A DNA stretch of 64,000 bases. Origin: Cyanophora paradoxa CCMP329 (taxonomy: Eukaryota > Plantae > Glaucophyta). Positions 30,106 to 43,059 of the stretch are shown here, piece after piece. Position 1 is the first letter of the stretch. Each line of letters starts with the position of its first letter. Under the pieces are notes generated by a model that was given only the letters and a program-made list of their open reading frames with translations, made no database searches and was not told the DNA's origin. Location: NCBI GenBank assembly GCA_004431415.1, contig QPMI01000651.1, positions 1 to 64,000 on the forward strand, given 5' to 3'. The position numbers and the translations under genes were made by a program.

Positions 30106-33100
30106 CTATGCTACCATCTTCCCTGTTGCTATATAAGTCATTTGATAGTGGAAAAGTCCAATGCTTTCATTGTATTCTCTATTTGCCGAAATTGTTGCAT
30201 AAATAGTAAATGTTGTTGTTGTGGAACTTGTGACACCATATACCAATACATATGAACCACCATTATACCCATCTCTTAAATTGAGAACGACTGCTGGGGC
30301 TTCTGCAAACGCTTTTGGGAATGTGACAACTTGTGGAAATCCCCAATGACCCGGACCTGTGATTGCTAAGGATTTTGAAAAACTCCCTGTCTGTATATAC
30401 TGGTCTTTATTGACCCGTTGTTCTGAGACAAGTTTCGCAATCTTACCATTGTCTTTTTCATCCATCGCATAGTATGCTCTTGCGTAAGCATTGCCACGAC
30501 ATAATAGTGTTTTATCGTATATGTTCGCGGAATTGTGGAAGAACCACTGTTCGTAGAATAAAGGAGAGTCTGGTTGGTAAATTTGACCGGATCCCACATA
30601 CATGGTCTTATTTGCTGTGATCGTATTTGCTACAAATGGGTCTAAGGTTGGGAAATCTGTGATTTCCGATTTCGTGTGAGTATGGGCGAAATCTGTTATA
30701 TTTGCCTTTGTGTGAGTATGTGCAAAATCGGTGATATCTGATTTAGTGTGAGAGTGAGGTCCGACAGTTGTGGAAGCTGTTGGTTTCCCGTAAATGTTAT
30801 CCCAATGCAAGAAGCCACTGTGTGATGATACAGCAGGATTTTTACTCCAACCAACAAGACCCACAAGGTAAATCCTTCCAATTCGCCCTTGAACACCAAC
30901 TTTACTCAGCCCTTCACAATTTACCCCGACATATTGCCTATACTCTACACTTGGGTCACTACCAGGAGAATAAGCATTTACTCTCGAAAGTGTATAAGAA
31001 TTTGTTGATGGATAAACTCCCACAACATCAAAGTATCTACTATTGTATTGACACACATAGAAGATATAGCATGTCTTCATTCCCGCGGGACAGTCCATAA
31101 CATCTTGTAGCCACTACAATCTTCATCACCAGAAGCCCATGTGTTTGCTCCTGAGTAAGGAGATATGAATGTAAAAAATCTCCAATCACCTGTGCGGTCT
31201 GTGGAAATACCACTTGTAGCATCGAAATTTGTGGGTGCTGTATATGTTGGTTTATTAATTAAATCATCATAATTTCCGCTTGTCGCAACTGCTGCTAAGG
31301 TGGGTCTATCCGTAATATGGCTCCATAAATGTAGATGTGGTGAAGGTGTGAATGTTACAGGCTTATCTGTTATACTATTCCATGTGTGTGTGTGGTCAAA
31401 ATCTGAAATCTCATCTTTTGTGTGAACGTGTGCAAAATCGGGTATCTCTAATCGGGAATGTGTGTGGGCAAAATCTGTTATTTGTGATTTTGTGTGAGTG
31501 TGTGTGGGTATCTCCAAATTGCTAAGTGTTAATCTGTCTTTGCCGATAATATTCAGAATTTCCCGAGTTAAGATTGGTTGAGTATTGGGGAATCCATACA
31601 TTTGTTGGATGTAATACCTTACTTTTTGTTTTTCTGCTGTGGTTAATGCTCTGTTGAATACAATAATCTCAGCAATGCTTCCCGCAAATATTGTTCCAAA
31701 TCCAAAATCGTTTATAGTGGAATCAGGTAAATAATTATTAATTCCTGTGAGAGTTCCCACATCGACACCATTTAGCCCCACTGTGTAGCTATCAGAAGTT
31801 ATTGTTTGGTCTGAGTAATACCATTTATTTAGCAAAGAGGGAACTGTGACAGCAATTGGAGGTTGTGTTACATCATTTATAGCGAAAGTAGTTGTCCCTA
31901 ATCTTGTTGAATTATTTGCTCCATAGTAGGCAAATCGCGTTGGTGATGTTGTTTTTAGCACACGCAAATGTGTATGAGAAGCACCTGTTTGTGTTAAATG
32001 ATATCTTCCAATATAGAAGAATGTCAAACCTTGTGACCAATCAATCGTTCTTGTCATCGTTGAGTTTGCTGAGTAGTTCCCTGAATCACTTGTTAAAGTC
32101 ATCTGATTATTTATAGCGATATTGGATGAGTAGTAGGGACTTCCTGTGGAACTGACAGTTATAGATGGAACGATTGAGGAGACCCTATTGTAAAGAATTG
32201 TTGATGCTGCATTTTGACCATGAACCCCTGATGCTTTCCATGCAAAAATACAATTGGGAATATTAGAAGCTGGATCAAAATTGGAAGTGATTCGATAAAA
32301 ATTTTCACTATAAGATTCTAAATAGCTTCCGGTTCCCATTTGAATTTTCCCTCCAACTGTTAGGTTGCTTGTCACAACCAAGTTGCTGGTGATGGTTCCA
32401 CCTGTGAGAGGAAGATAATTAGATAATGCTACATTAAGTTCAGGTTCAGTCACATATACATCAAGTTCTGATTTTGTCACATAATCTTCAAGAACTGCTG
32501 CAAGTTCTGTATCGTCTACATAATTTTTGCTTTCAAGGTAATCATCTGTGACAACACCTGAAAGGGTCTCATTGTGTAAATTTTTTGCCGCCATTCTCTG
32601 ATTGACTTCTAAGGCGCCACCTGCTAATGTTTTGATCCACGCCATCTCACATTTCCCGAAATCATCTTTTGGTTGTCCCACAAGTGGTGCGTAATTGAAT
32701 TTCGAGCGACTAAATATTATTTTCGGTCTTGATCCATCGGTTGCGCTTACATCTGTAACGTTTACTTGTAAGATGGCGTCTTTATCATCATAACTCACTG
32801 GATCTAATGGAAGTGGAGGTAAACCTGCTGTTAATGGGATATCTTCATTATAATAACTTGTCAAAAACAGACCTGGTTTAGTATCTATAACTCCCACCCC
32901 ACCTGCTGAAACCATTTGAGATCTTGAAGGTTGTTTAATGTATAATTCGCCATCCATTGTGGTGCCTGCGTCTATTCCTTTTCGGTGCAAATAGTATTCA
33001 CTTAATTGTAATCTTTCAGGAATGGTGTCACTCTGATAGAAACTAACCCCATAAAATCCGTCACCATTTACTAAATCACCTGTTGATGCAAAACGTGGTT

Positions 33101-36100
33101 TTTCATCTATTTCACTCCATGGGTGTTTGTGGTTAGAGTTTGTGATTTCGGAATAATCATGAGTGTGTGAATCTGGTGGAAAGGTTAACGGAGGATTTGT
33201 GATATGCTCCCATAAATGAGTATGGGCAAAATCTGTGATCTGATCTTTGGTGTGAGTATGGGCAAAATCTGTGATCTGATCTTTGGTGTGAGTATGGGCA
33301 AAATCTGTAATTTGATCTTTTGTGTGTGTGTGGGCGAAATCTGTGATCTGATCTTTGGTGTGAGTATGGGCGAAATCTGTGATCTGATCTTTGGTGTGAG
33401 TATGGGCAAAATCTGTGATCTGATCTTTGGTGTGAGTATGGGCAAAATCTGTAATTTGATCTTTTGTGTGTGTGTGGGCGAAATCTGTTATTTGATCTTT
33501 TGTGTGAGTATGGGCGAAATCTGTGATCTGATCTTTGGTGTGAGTATGGGCGAAATCTGTGATCTGATCTTTGGTGTGAGTATGGGCGAAATCTGTGATC
33601 TGATCTTTGGTGTGAGTATGGGCAAAATCTGTAATTTGATCTTTTGTGTGTGTGTGGGCGAAATCTGTTATTTGATCTTTTGTGTGAGTATGGGCGAAAT
33701 CTGTGATCTGATCTTTGGTGTGAGTATGGGCGAAATCTGTGATCTGATCTTTGGTGTGAGTATGGGCAAAATCTGTAATTTGATCTTTTGTGTGTGTGTG
33801 GGCGAAATCTGTTATTTGATCTTTTGTGTGAGTATGGGCGAAATCTGTGATCTGATCTTTGGTGTGAGTATGGGCAAAATCTGTGATCTGATCTTTGGTG
33901 TGTGTGTGGTTTTGTATCCAACCTTGAACCACATTCGATGTTGGATGATGAGGAAGATTAGCATTACTTGTTACAGTGAGATAATCGATCACTGTATCGG
34001 GTGATGTGATCTTTAAACCTCTGTAAATGGTCAGAGGTTGAGTATTGGGGAATCCATACATTTGTTGGATGTAATACCTTACTTGTTGTTTTTCTGCTGT
34101 GGTTAATGCTCTGTTGAATACAATAATCTCAGCAATGCTTCCCGCAAATATTGTTCCAAATCCAAAATTGTTTATAGTGGAATCAGGTAAATAATTATTA
34201 ATTCCTGTGAGAGTTCCCACATCGACACCATTTAGCCCCACTGTGTAGCTTGTAGAAGTTATTGTTTGGTCTGAGTAATACCATTTATTTACCAAAGAGG
34301 GAACTGTGACAGCAATTGGAGGTTGTGTTACACCATTTATAGCGAAAGTAGTTGTCCCTAATCTTGTTGAATTATTTGCTCCATAGTAGGCAAATCGCGT
34401 TGGTGATGTTGTTTTTAGCACACTCAAATGTGTATGAGAAGCACCTGTTTGTGTTAAATGATATCTTCCAATATAGAAGAATGTCAAACCTTGTGACCAA
34501 TCAATCGTTCTTGTCATCGTTGAGTTTGCTGAGTAGTTCCCTGAATCGCTTGTTAAAGTCATCTGATTATTTATAGCGATATTGGATGAGTAGTAGGGAC
34601 TTCCTGTGGAACTGACAGTTATAGATGGAACGATTGAGGAGACCCTATTGTAAAGAATTGTTGATGCTGCATTTTGACCGTGAACCCCTGATGCCTTCCA
34701 AGCAAAAATACAATTGGGAATGTTAGAAGCGGGATCATTACTGGCTGTAATAGAATACCATTCTCTGTAAAGTTGGTTCATGGTATTAAAGTTGCCTGAG
34801 CCAATCGTTAGAATTCCATTCACTTTTAGGTTGCTTGTGATTGTTCCACCTGTAAGTGGTAAATAGTTTGAAGAAATATGGTCTGTAATAGCTATGGTAT
34901 CTGCCTTTGGAGCTAACCAATTTTGAACGACATTCGAAGTCGTTAATGGAGCAATCCATTCTTGAACCACATTTGATGCTGTTAATGTTGCTATCCATTC
35001 TTTAACCACATTCGATGCTGTTAATGGAGCAATCCATTCTTCAACCACATTCGATGCCGTTAAGGGTGCTATCCATTCCTGAACTACATTCGATGCTGTT
35101 AAAGGTGCTATCCATTCTTCAACTACATTGGAAGTGGTTAAAGGTTCTATATTGGTATTGATACTGTCTATGCTTTCTTGTATCTGTGTAATCTGGGCAT
35201 TGATGGCAGTTATTTCTGCCTCTTGAAGGCTTGAACTTGTTTGGAAATCTTTGATAATAAAACCACCTCCTGGTGCTGGTGCTGTATATTGGAGGTTGTT
35301 GGCTATAAGACTTCCTGTAACTCTCAGGCTGTTTGTTTGTAGAAGAGGTTTGTTAGGGTCACTGGCGAAAGGATTGTCTAATGGCTCAGGATAGCCGTAT
35401 TTTTGGAGGAGATAACTTCGTATGTTGTCCTTCACGATTTCTGTTGTTGGTTTAATAATGACTATTAGCTCTGCTAAATCTTGTTTGGAGGTTGAAGAGC
35501 CAATACGACTTTCAGTAACAAGGTTATTGGGGAACATGTTTGTAACATTTGAAACACTTCTATTGCTACCATTGATCCCAAATGTAACAGTGGAAGGAGA
35601 GACTGTTACTTCATAGAGTGTCCATGTCGTCATTTCAGAGTATGTAATTTCTGCTTTTGCGTTACTTGGTGAAGTGCTTTCACCTAATCCTGCTGCTCCA
35701 ACCCCATTAGAAACCTGAATATAACAAGTCGCACCATTGTTCCATTTATTGATGCTCCAATTTGTGGTTCCATAACTCAAAGATAAAACGTTCTCTACAT
35801 TTGGAGGTGCTGTATCTGTGAATTTCGCGACGAAAAACACAGTTAAATGTTGCTGTGAAGTTTGGCTCATGAAAAGTTCACACTCAGCCCCCCACGTATT
35901 ATAGGCTGAAAAGTTGAAGTTGATTGTAGGATACGAATTAAAATAAGGTTTGTTGTTAGGACCTCCATTATTCTTAATTTGTGTCGAGTTCCCAGCAACA
36001 TTACCAAACCCAAGAAGAAAATTCGGTGTCTCAGGGTTATTATCAAACCAAACGTCTCCTGCTCCGTTTCCAAGTCCACTCACTATCGTTCCATCTTTCA

Positions 36101-39100
36101 TGTTGTCCCTTGCTCTGACCCAAACGAAAACATTAAGAACTGAAAGGACATTAAACGTTGAAACATCCAAATAATCCAATTTGAAAGTGTTCTCATATAT
36201 TTTTAGTTTGCTGTCAGTGTTTCCTTGATTGCTCACGTTAAGATTTCCTGTGATTGTTCCACCTGATAATGGTAAGTAGTTCTCTAACAACGCTTCTGAA
36301 TCTGCTATCCAACCCTCCACAACATTAGAAGTGGTGTATTTATTTAACCATCCGTCTACTACATTCGAGGTTGTGAATTCTGTAAGTAATGCTGCTACAC
36401 CATTGGTGGTTGCTAAGTTCATCCCTGTTACTTGTAGTTCCTGAGTCTTGATGAGTAGTTTATTATCATCTCTTGGTATTGGGTTTGAAGGGTCTTCCAC
36501 AAATCCGTAGAATTGATGAAGATACCATCGTAAATTATATAGTTCCTCGGCTGTGAAGGCTCTTGTAAAACAATAGAATTCGCACAGGTCAAATTTTGAG
36601 TATTGACTTCCCAAATATACATACTTTACATCATTTCGGGGCAGATGAGAACCATTTGTAATCGAAAAGGTCTGTCTCTCTTTCGCATTAACACCCACTT
36701 TTACGAATGTGCTTGTGATTGTGATGTCATAGATTGTCCAAGAATCTACTTCGTCAATTGTGAGTGGAACCCTGAAAGTAGATTGGTCTAATTTACTGAT
36801 GTTCAAAACGAAACCATCACCCCATTGACCTTTGGAAATACTCCAAATTTGCCCATTACTACCAAGTGTAGAAGACCCATCAAACTGTAAAATAGGTTCA
36901 AGCGGTTCAGCGTTTCTTAACTTAATCACAAATGCGACAGTTATCCCTCCACTGAAATCGATGGTTTCATAGCCTGCTGAATTTGTAGAAGTGAAGGAAT
37001 AACGGAAAGTAGAGAAGCTATTGGTGTCTGCTACATCATAGTAGGGTTTGTTATTAGGACCTCCTGAGTTTCTGAATACTACACTTCCTGACTGTATCAG
37101 TTTTTGAATAACATTAGCATTTGCCTTATTAACAAGCTCATAGACCAGTACATTATTTTCCCAAGCATCATCCAAACTCGCATTAAATCTTAGAAGGCAA
37201 TGAGACAAACCCCAACATCGAAATTTAAGAAGTTTAAAGGTGCTCTTGAAATCTCATTGTTCCCTATAACAATCTTATCCTTTACCTCCAGTTCTCTATT
37301 GACTGTAAGATCACCTGTAATGGTGCCACCTGTCAATGGTAAATATTTAGCAAGTTCAGCATCAAGCTCAGTCTCTGTAACATAGGGTATTAATGCTGCT
37401 GCCAGTGTTGTGGCATATTCAGTTTCTGTTACATAATCATTGAGTATAGTAGTTAATTCGGTTCCATCTATGTAATTCTTATTTTCTAAATAATCCTCTG
37501 TGACCACTCGTGATATATTTTCGTTGTGAATGTTTTTTGCTGCTGCTCTCTGATTTATTTCTAAAACACCTTGCTTATCAACATCATTATAGTTCGTTTT
37601 CTTCCACCCTATCTCACATTGCTTGTAATCGTCTCGATCTCCAACTAAATCATCAGGTAAGAGCCGTTCTCGGCTAAATATTAGCTTTGGTCTTGATCCA
37701 TCAAAAGCGCTAACATCAGTCACATTAATCTGAAGAGTCGCATCTTTGTCTACATAATTAATTGGATTGGCTGGAAGAGATGGTATAGGTGGTAATGTTG
37801 CTGTCATTGGGATGTCGTCAGGGTAGTAACTTGTTAAATAGATACCTGGTTTGGTGTCTTTTATTTCAACACCTCCACCAGCTGCCACTAAATTAACTCT
37901 TGTTGGGGGTCTGATATACAATTCGCCTTCCATTGTGGTTCCAGCATCTAATCCCCTACGATTCACATAGTAGTCATTTAATTGTAATCTTTCTTCAATC
38001 TCAATATTTTGATAGAGACTTACACCAAGTGGAAAGTCTGTCAACATATTGCCTGCTGATGCGAAAGTAGGTTGCTGGTCGATTTCATCCCAATCGTGTC
38101 TGTGGTCTTCTGGTGGGAACAATTCTGGTACATCAATTTCGTCCCAAGTGTGTCTATGGTCTGCTGGTGGAAATTCTTCTGGTATTCCATCGATTTCTCC
38201 CCAATCATGCCTATGATCCACAGGCGGAAATCTATCAGGTTTATTCTCGATTTCGTCCCAATCATGGCCATGGGGATCAGGTGGATATGTTTGTGGTTTA
38301 TTTCGAATGTCCTCCCAATCCACTATGAAATCGAATAGATCAGGTGCGAAACCATCAGGTAAAAGCTGCTCATCAAAAGGCTCGTAGCGATCATAAGTTA
38401 CAAGATTTGGGTCGAAACCATCTGGTAAGACATTATCCTCTTCAAATCGCCTATCTTCAAGAGGTATAACATTTACATCTGGTGATAAAAGCTCCTCAGC
38501 TGGTTGTTTGTAATCTGTAAATACTGGTTTGTTTCTGACTTTTTCCCAGCTAACTATGTGCTGCCCAAAGGCTACATTTTCCTCTGCTGTGTATTCCCTC
38601 CCAGGTTGCTTCTTTGGTGTAAGGTCAGGTGGATCCCACGGAAGCGGAAAGGGGACAGGAACAGGACCGTAATGCTCAAAGATTTCCCTTATAGTTTTCT
38701 CACTGACAAGCTTCTCACCATTGGCATACACATTGCTTCCATGGATATTTCGCCACTGCCTCGTCCTGATTCCAAGGTCTTTTGTGTTTGTGACCAAAGG
38801 TAAAAGGTGCCTATCCATTTCGACAAGATCAGGATGTAAATGGATTGCTACTGGTTGAGTGGGGCTGCTGTTGATGGTAATTGATGGCTTTTTCTGGTGG
38901 ACATCATTTGGAGTAAAAAACCCAAACGGCTCATTCCTCGCAAAGTCATATGTAATATCCTTGGGTATACATCATTAGTTGAACAGACTTGATTCGTGTT
39001 CTGGAAATGGCCCACTTGTAATACTTGGGGAACCTCTGTTTTTGTGGTGCTGCCCTCATTATAAATTCTTAAACCCGTGTTCTGTTTGCCCTGCTCATCT

Positions 39101-39443
39101 TGTACATTGAAAATCAAACGGCCACTATCACACCTTGATGGTATGTCTGGATGGGTTCCACTTGGTTTGAGTTTTCTCGGTCTCCTTCTGGTTGCCTTGA
39201 TCTCTGCTACTTGATTGGCTTTCACATTGCCCACACTAAAAGCTATACTGACATCCTCCTTGTCTGGATCGGTCTGATTTAAGGAAAGGGCATGCTCCCT
39301 TGATTGAGTCTTTGAAGAACCGTCAGAGCTGTGGTCGATTGATATTGAACCTTTAACTTTTATATTATCAAAGTTCACATGCTTTGTGCTGCTGGAATTA
39401 TCATCTTGAATTGTTTCCAGATTAGGGGGTAATTAAAGCTCAT
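30106..39443 (-). CDS. Giant fibre protein (~3100 aa, frameshifted) with four LamG-like domains, 19 HxH repeats and an H-type-lectin/gp53-like tip
   Basis: Start MSFNYP at 39443, the same as element 1. Joins ORFs 38848-39378, 37190-38818, 31077-37208 and 30106-31098. C-terminus IQTGS...VTFPKAFAEAPAVVL...TTTTFTI...YIATGK. Confidence 0.85.
31576..32277. repeat. ~700-bp near-identical direct duplication of a LamG-like fibre domain (partner 34036-34737)
   Basis: Offset 2460 bp, only scattered substitutions. Confidence 0.95.
33225..33908 (-). repeat. 36-bp coding tandem repeat x19 (HTHTKDQITDFA)
   Basis: 684 bp; nucleotide variants are all synonymous. Confidence 0.95.
34036..34737. repeat. Second copy of the ~700-bp fibre-domain duplication
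   Basis: Matches 31576-32277. Confidence 0.95.
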
Positions 39444-39486
39444 GGCTTTTACTATATGGATTTATAAAATTCCTTATAAGTATTAG

Positions 39487-41041
39487 ATGCCTCTCAAGGT
39501 CGTTTTAGCATTGTCAGGAGGCGGAGCAAGGGGCATTATCATTACCAGACTGCTTAAAGAAATCGAAAATCGAACTGGCAGGCGTATAATAGATCTTGTG
39601 GATCTTGTTAGTGGAACTTCCACGGGTGGGATCATTGCCATTGGGTTGAACATCAGGCATCCAGATAGGGCAGGCGAACCCAAACTCACAGCCAGTGATT
39701 TACATAATATATACCTCACTCAGCTGCCCTTGATTTTCGCGAATCCTCGAAATATAATCGAAAATGCCCTTTTTAACACCAAGTATGATGTGGCTCCTTT
39801 GGAAAGCGCAATCTATTCTGTTACTGGCGAATCTCTCATTCAAGATTCCTTAAAGGACATTGTGATTACTTCGTTTGATACTCAGTACATGAAACCTATA
39901 TTTATCACAAATGATAACAACTATAACTTTCTGCCCTGTAAAATAGCAGCAAGGGCTACCTCTGCTGCTCCCACCTACTTTTCTCCTGTGAGTATAGTTG
40001 ATTTTAATCGAGGGGTAACTGCTTGCCTTATTGATGGTGCTATTTCAGGAAACAATAACCCAAGTGTGTGTGGCTATAGCCATGCGAGGAAGATTTACAG
40101 TGATGATGATGACATTATAGTTATAAGCATCTCTTGTGGTGAGGTAGACCCATATTTAGAGTCTGATTACTTCGGCTATGGTTATGAGACTGTGAATAGT
40201 TGGGCATTCTCTCATGGATTGCCTCAACAGATGGAAGCCCATTGATCAACATGCTCATGGCAGCAAGTGAGCTGTCAGCTCTTGACAAAATGGAGGAGTT
40301 GCTACCTTACAACTACGATCAGGATTATGGGAGGTACTATAGGCTATCTGTTCCTCTTCCAAATCACATAGTCAAGTCCCTTGATGATACCTCTAAAATC
40401 CCCGACATGCTTGCGTTCACTGAGACATACATAGCAGCAAACAACACCATGATTAATAAGCTTTGCGATTTGCTGGTAGCAAACTATGAGTTAAAGAACC
40501 CATCAAAAGCTTACATCTCTTCCACTCTCACCCTGTCACCACCTTTGGATGCTAATTGGTACAAACTTGCTGATGATGCCTTTACTGCCTCCTCCTCTGT
40601 GACAGGTAAAGAGCCCCACATGGCTCGACCTTCATCATTTGGCTGGGAAGCTGGGGCATTTGCTCCAGAGCAGATATGGGAGACCCCCACTGAGTACCTT
40701 CAAGTTGCGTTCCCATACACTTTTGAACTCTCTTCAGTGGTTGCCTATGGGTCAGGGACACCAATGCTTTTATAAAGACTTTCAATGTGGCTACATCAAC
40801 TAATGGGGTCAACTGGTCTTTTATTCGAGCCGAAGGGCAGAACAAAACATTTGTTTGTGAGAATATAAACAATGCTAATAATTCCGGCGATGTAGCTTTA
40901 TTAAATGGTTACCCTCTCACCATCAAGGATGCTTTCTACATAGGGTTCTCTTTGAGAATCAAGTATGTTCGCATTTATCCCCTTGTTTATGTCAATGCTC
41001 CCACAATGAGAGTCGATTTTACAGGTGCCTTTATTCGATAA
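39487..41041 (+). CDS. Patatin-like phospholipase with F5/8C domain (two apparent frameshifts)
   Basis: GGGARG, GTSTG, DGA; three ORF pieces collinear with 8506-10046. Confidence 0.88.
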
Positions 41042-41965
41042 ACTCGAGCTGAAAAGAATTGTCAATTCCATTCATGTCAATGATGTCACCAAAGTAGTCT
41101 TTGAACTCAACTGTTAGTTCTCTCACCACCAGATGTCGGTCATTAATTCGAATAAACTCCCCATGTTCACCATTATAGTAAACATAGCCTCCTATATCCT
41201 TGCTTAATTGGAGTCTCAGTATGGCGCCTTGGTTTTGTGGCTGTGATTTTGGGACTATATTATGTCTGCTGGCAAAGGGAGCAAGTTCTTTGACATGTAA
41301 ATAAAGGTACTGCTCAGCATTCATATCTGCCATCTTATTGCTGTAATAAACATATCTAAGAGGTGTGGATGAAAGTCTGGATCCCGAAAAGGTAGTTCCC
41401 ACAAGGGGTGATTGAGTGTGATAGGTTTGCCATCATACTTTAGAAAATTCTCAGGGCGATATGGAGATTGAGAGGGCGAATTGTCATCCATAAATGAAGA
41501 CTGGAACTCAGTTGAGCTTAACCCCAGAAGCTTACCAATACGCTTATTGCTTGCTCTTATACGGAAAAATCTGTTACTGTAGAACTCCACTTTATAAGTG
41601 GTTGGATTGTAGAATAATTTGAATTCGAAAGCAACTGTTTTTCCTGCTATAGTTTCCTCATAGAACACATAGTTCAATCCATAGTTGTATGGTTGGGTGA
41701 CCCCAAAATGACCCTGATTGATATAACCGGTTGGCAGAGGAGAGATGTTGTAAGTTACTGTTTCAGTGACAGAACTATCCTGATAGGTGAATTCCACTAT
41801 TAAATGATCTGTTCCCACACTATTGTAAATGCTGTTTGGAATTTCTGCGTAAATGATCCTACACTCTCGAGGTCTCTCTACTGGTGTTGTGAGGGCAACC
41901 CTGTAAGAGTTTTCGGTTTCACCTTGGCTGCGATCCCTGCTATCAACATTGACAAGCCGGTTCAT
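41031..41965 (-). CDS. Minor capsid (penton-like) protein 2 (frameshifted)
   Basis: ORFs 41321-41965 and 41031-41402 match 24116-25048. Confidence 0.8.
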
Positions 41966-41994
41966 TTTAATATATGAATATAGATAAAAGGAGA

Positions 41995-43005
41995 ATGCCC
42001 GTGGATTACATTGAGGTGAGTTCTTTTAATACAATCTCTGGTGACGGTCCTACTTCAAGCTTTGTAGCTCGACTTCCAAACATATATGAGAATGTGAGGG
42101 CTGTCAGGCTGGTCTCGGCCGAATTTTATAATAGTATCCCTATGGTGAGTGGTGAAACGCAACCAGGGGATATTACAATTGATAATTCATTCAGCATTTT
42201 TTGGAGTGAAGAATTCGATGGTGCTGGCATTGATGGCATTCCAACTACTCGACCAGCGGCCGGCTTTGAACCTTGGAAGCAATTAATCATAAGTCGCAAA
42301 AAACCCATTCAAAGCCACCAGCAATTGGTAAATGTAATTAATGCGAAATTCGATGATAGAGAGCCGGAACCATCTATTCGCTGTAAATGGGATGAGTCAC
42401 TAAAACGAATTATATTCCACTCAGAGAAACCTTTCTATTTAGCCTTCTCTAACGCTGGAAATCCAAACCAGAAAACGATCCAAAAGTTGCTGAGCGCTGC
42501 CCGATTGCTTGGTCTTGATCCCGGAAGATATGGAAATTCCCCAATCCAATCACAGGTTTATAATGCTCTTACTGATGGCATCTTTACTGGTGAACGGGTG
42601 AATGGTATTATATCTTCATTTGAGCCTGAAAAGACCAGGGACAGTGTTTTATTTGTCAGAGTAAAAGAGTTGGGTGATCTAGTTCAGTGTGGGGATGGTC
42701 TCCTGACTGGCTACTTCCACAAAATCGTGGTTCCTGACAAGGACTATGGTGAGCATGTGGTTTACAATTCAACAGAATCTCACCCACTTTACAAGTACTA
42801 TAACAAAAAAATGGGTTTGTCTACATTCTCTGTGGATATAGTAAATGCTATAAACGAACCAATCGATTTTGAGGGTCAACCTGTCCACCTCACATTTGAA
42901 ATTCGATATGGGGAGGAGCCAGCAGGCGACCCTGTCTATGAATACTTTAAGATGCGGATGTCACAAAGTCATCCAACATATCCAATCATTGCGAGTTTTG
43001 GGTAA
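41995..43005 (+). CDS. Minor capsid (penton-like) protein 1
   Basis: MPVDYIEV start; orthologue of 23077-24087. Confidence 0.82.
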   Translation: MPVDYIEVSSFNTISGDGPTSSFVARLPNIYENVRAVRLVSAEFYNSIPMVSGETQPGDITIDNSFSIFWSEEFDGAGIDGIPTTRPAAGFEPWKQLIISRKKPIQSHQQLVNVINAKFDDREPEPSIRCKWDESLKRIIFHSEKPFYLAFSNAGNPNQKTIQKLLSAARLLGLDPGRYGNSPIQSQVYNALTDGIFTGERVNGIISSFEPEKTRDSVLFVRVKELGDLVQCGDGLLTGYFHKIVVPDKDYGEHVVYNSTESHPLYKYYNKKMGLSTFSVDIVNAINEPIDFEGQPVHLTFEIRYGEEPAGDPVYEYFKMRMSQSHPTYPIIASFG

Positions 43006-43059
43006 ACACAAGGTTCATTCGTAATTTTTTTATGTTACAGTATAATAAAAGAGAAAATC

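Noticed and set aside
33157-34004. Alternative-frame ORFs over the 36-bp array, and ORFs over 10329-11038 and 46960-47730
   Set aside because: They are by-products of stop-free repeats.
39487-41965. Calling frameshifted genes pseudogenes
   Set aside because: The lesions I traced are single-base losses, mostly in homopolymer runs, and catalytic motifs are intact. Accurate reads are needed before inferring decay.
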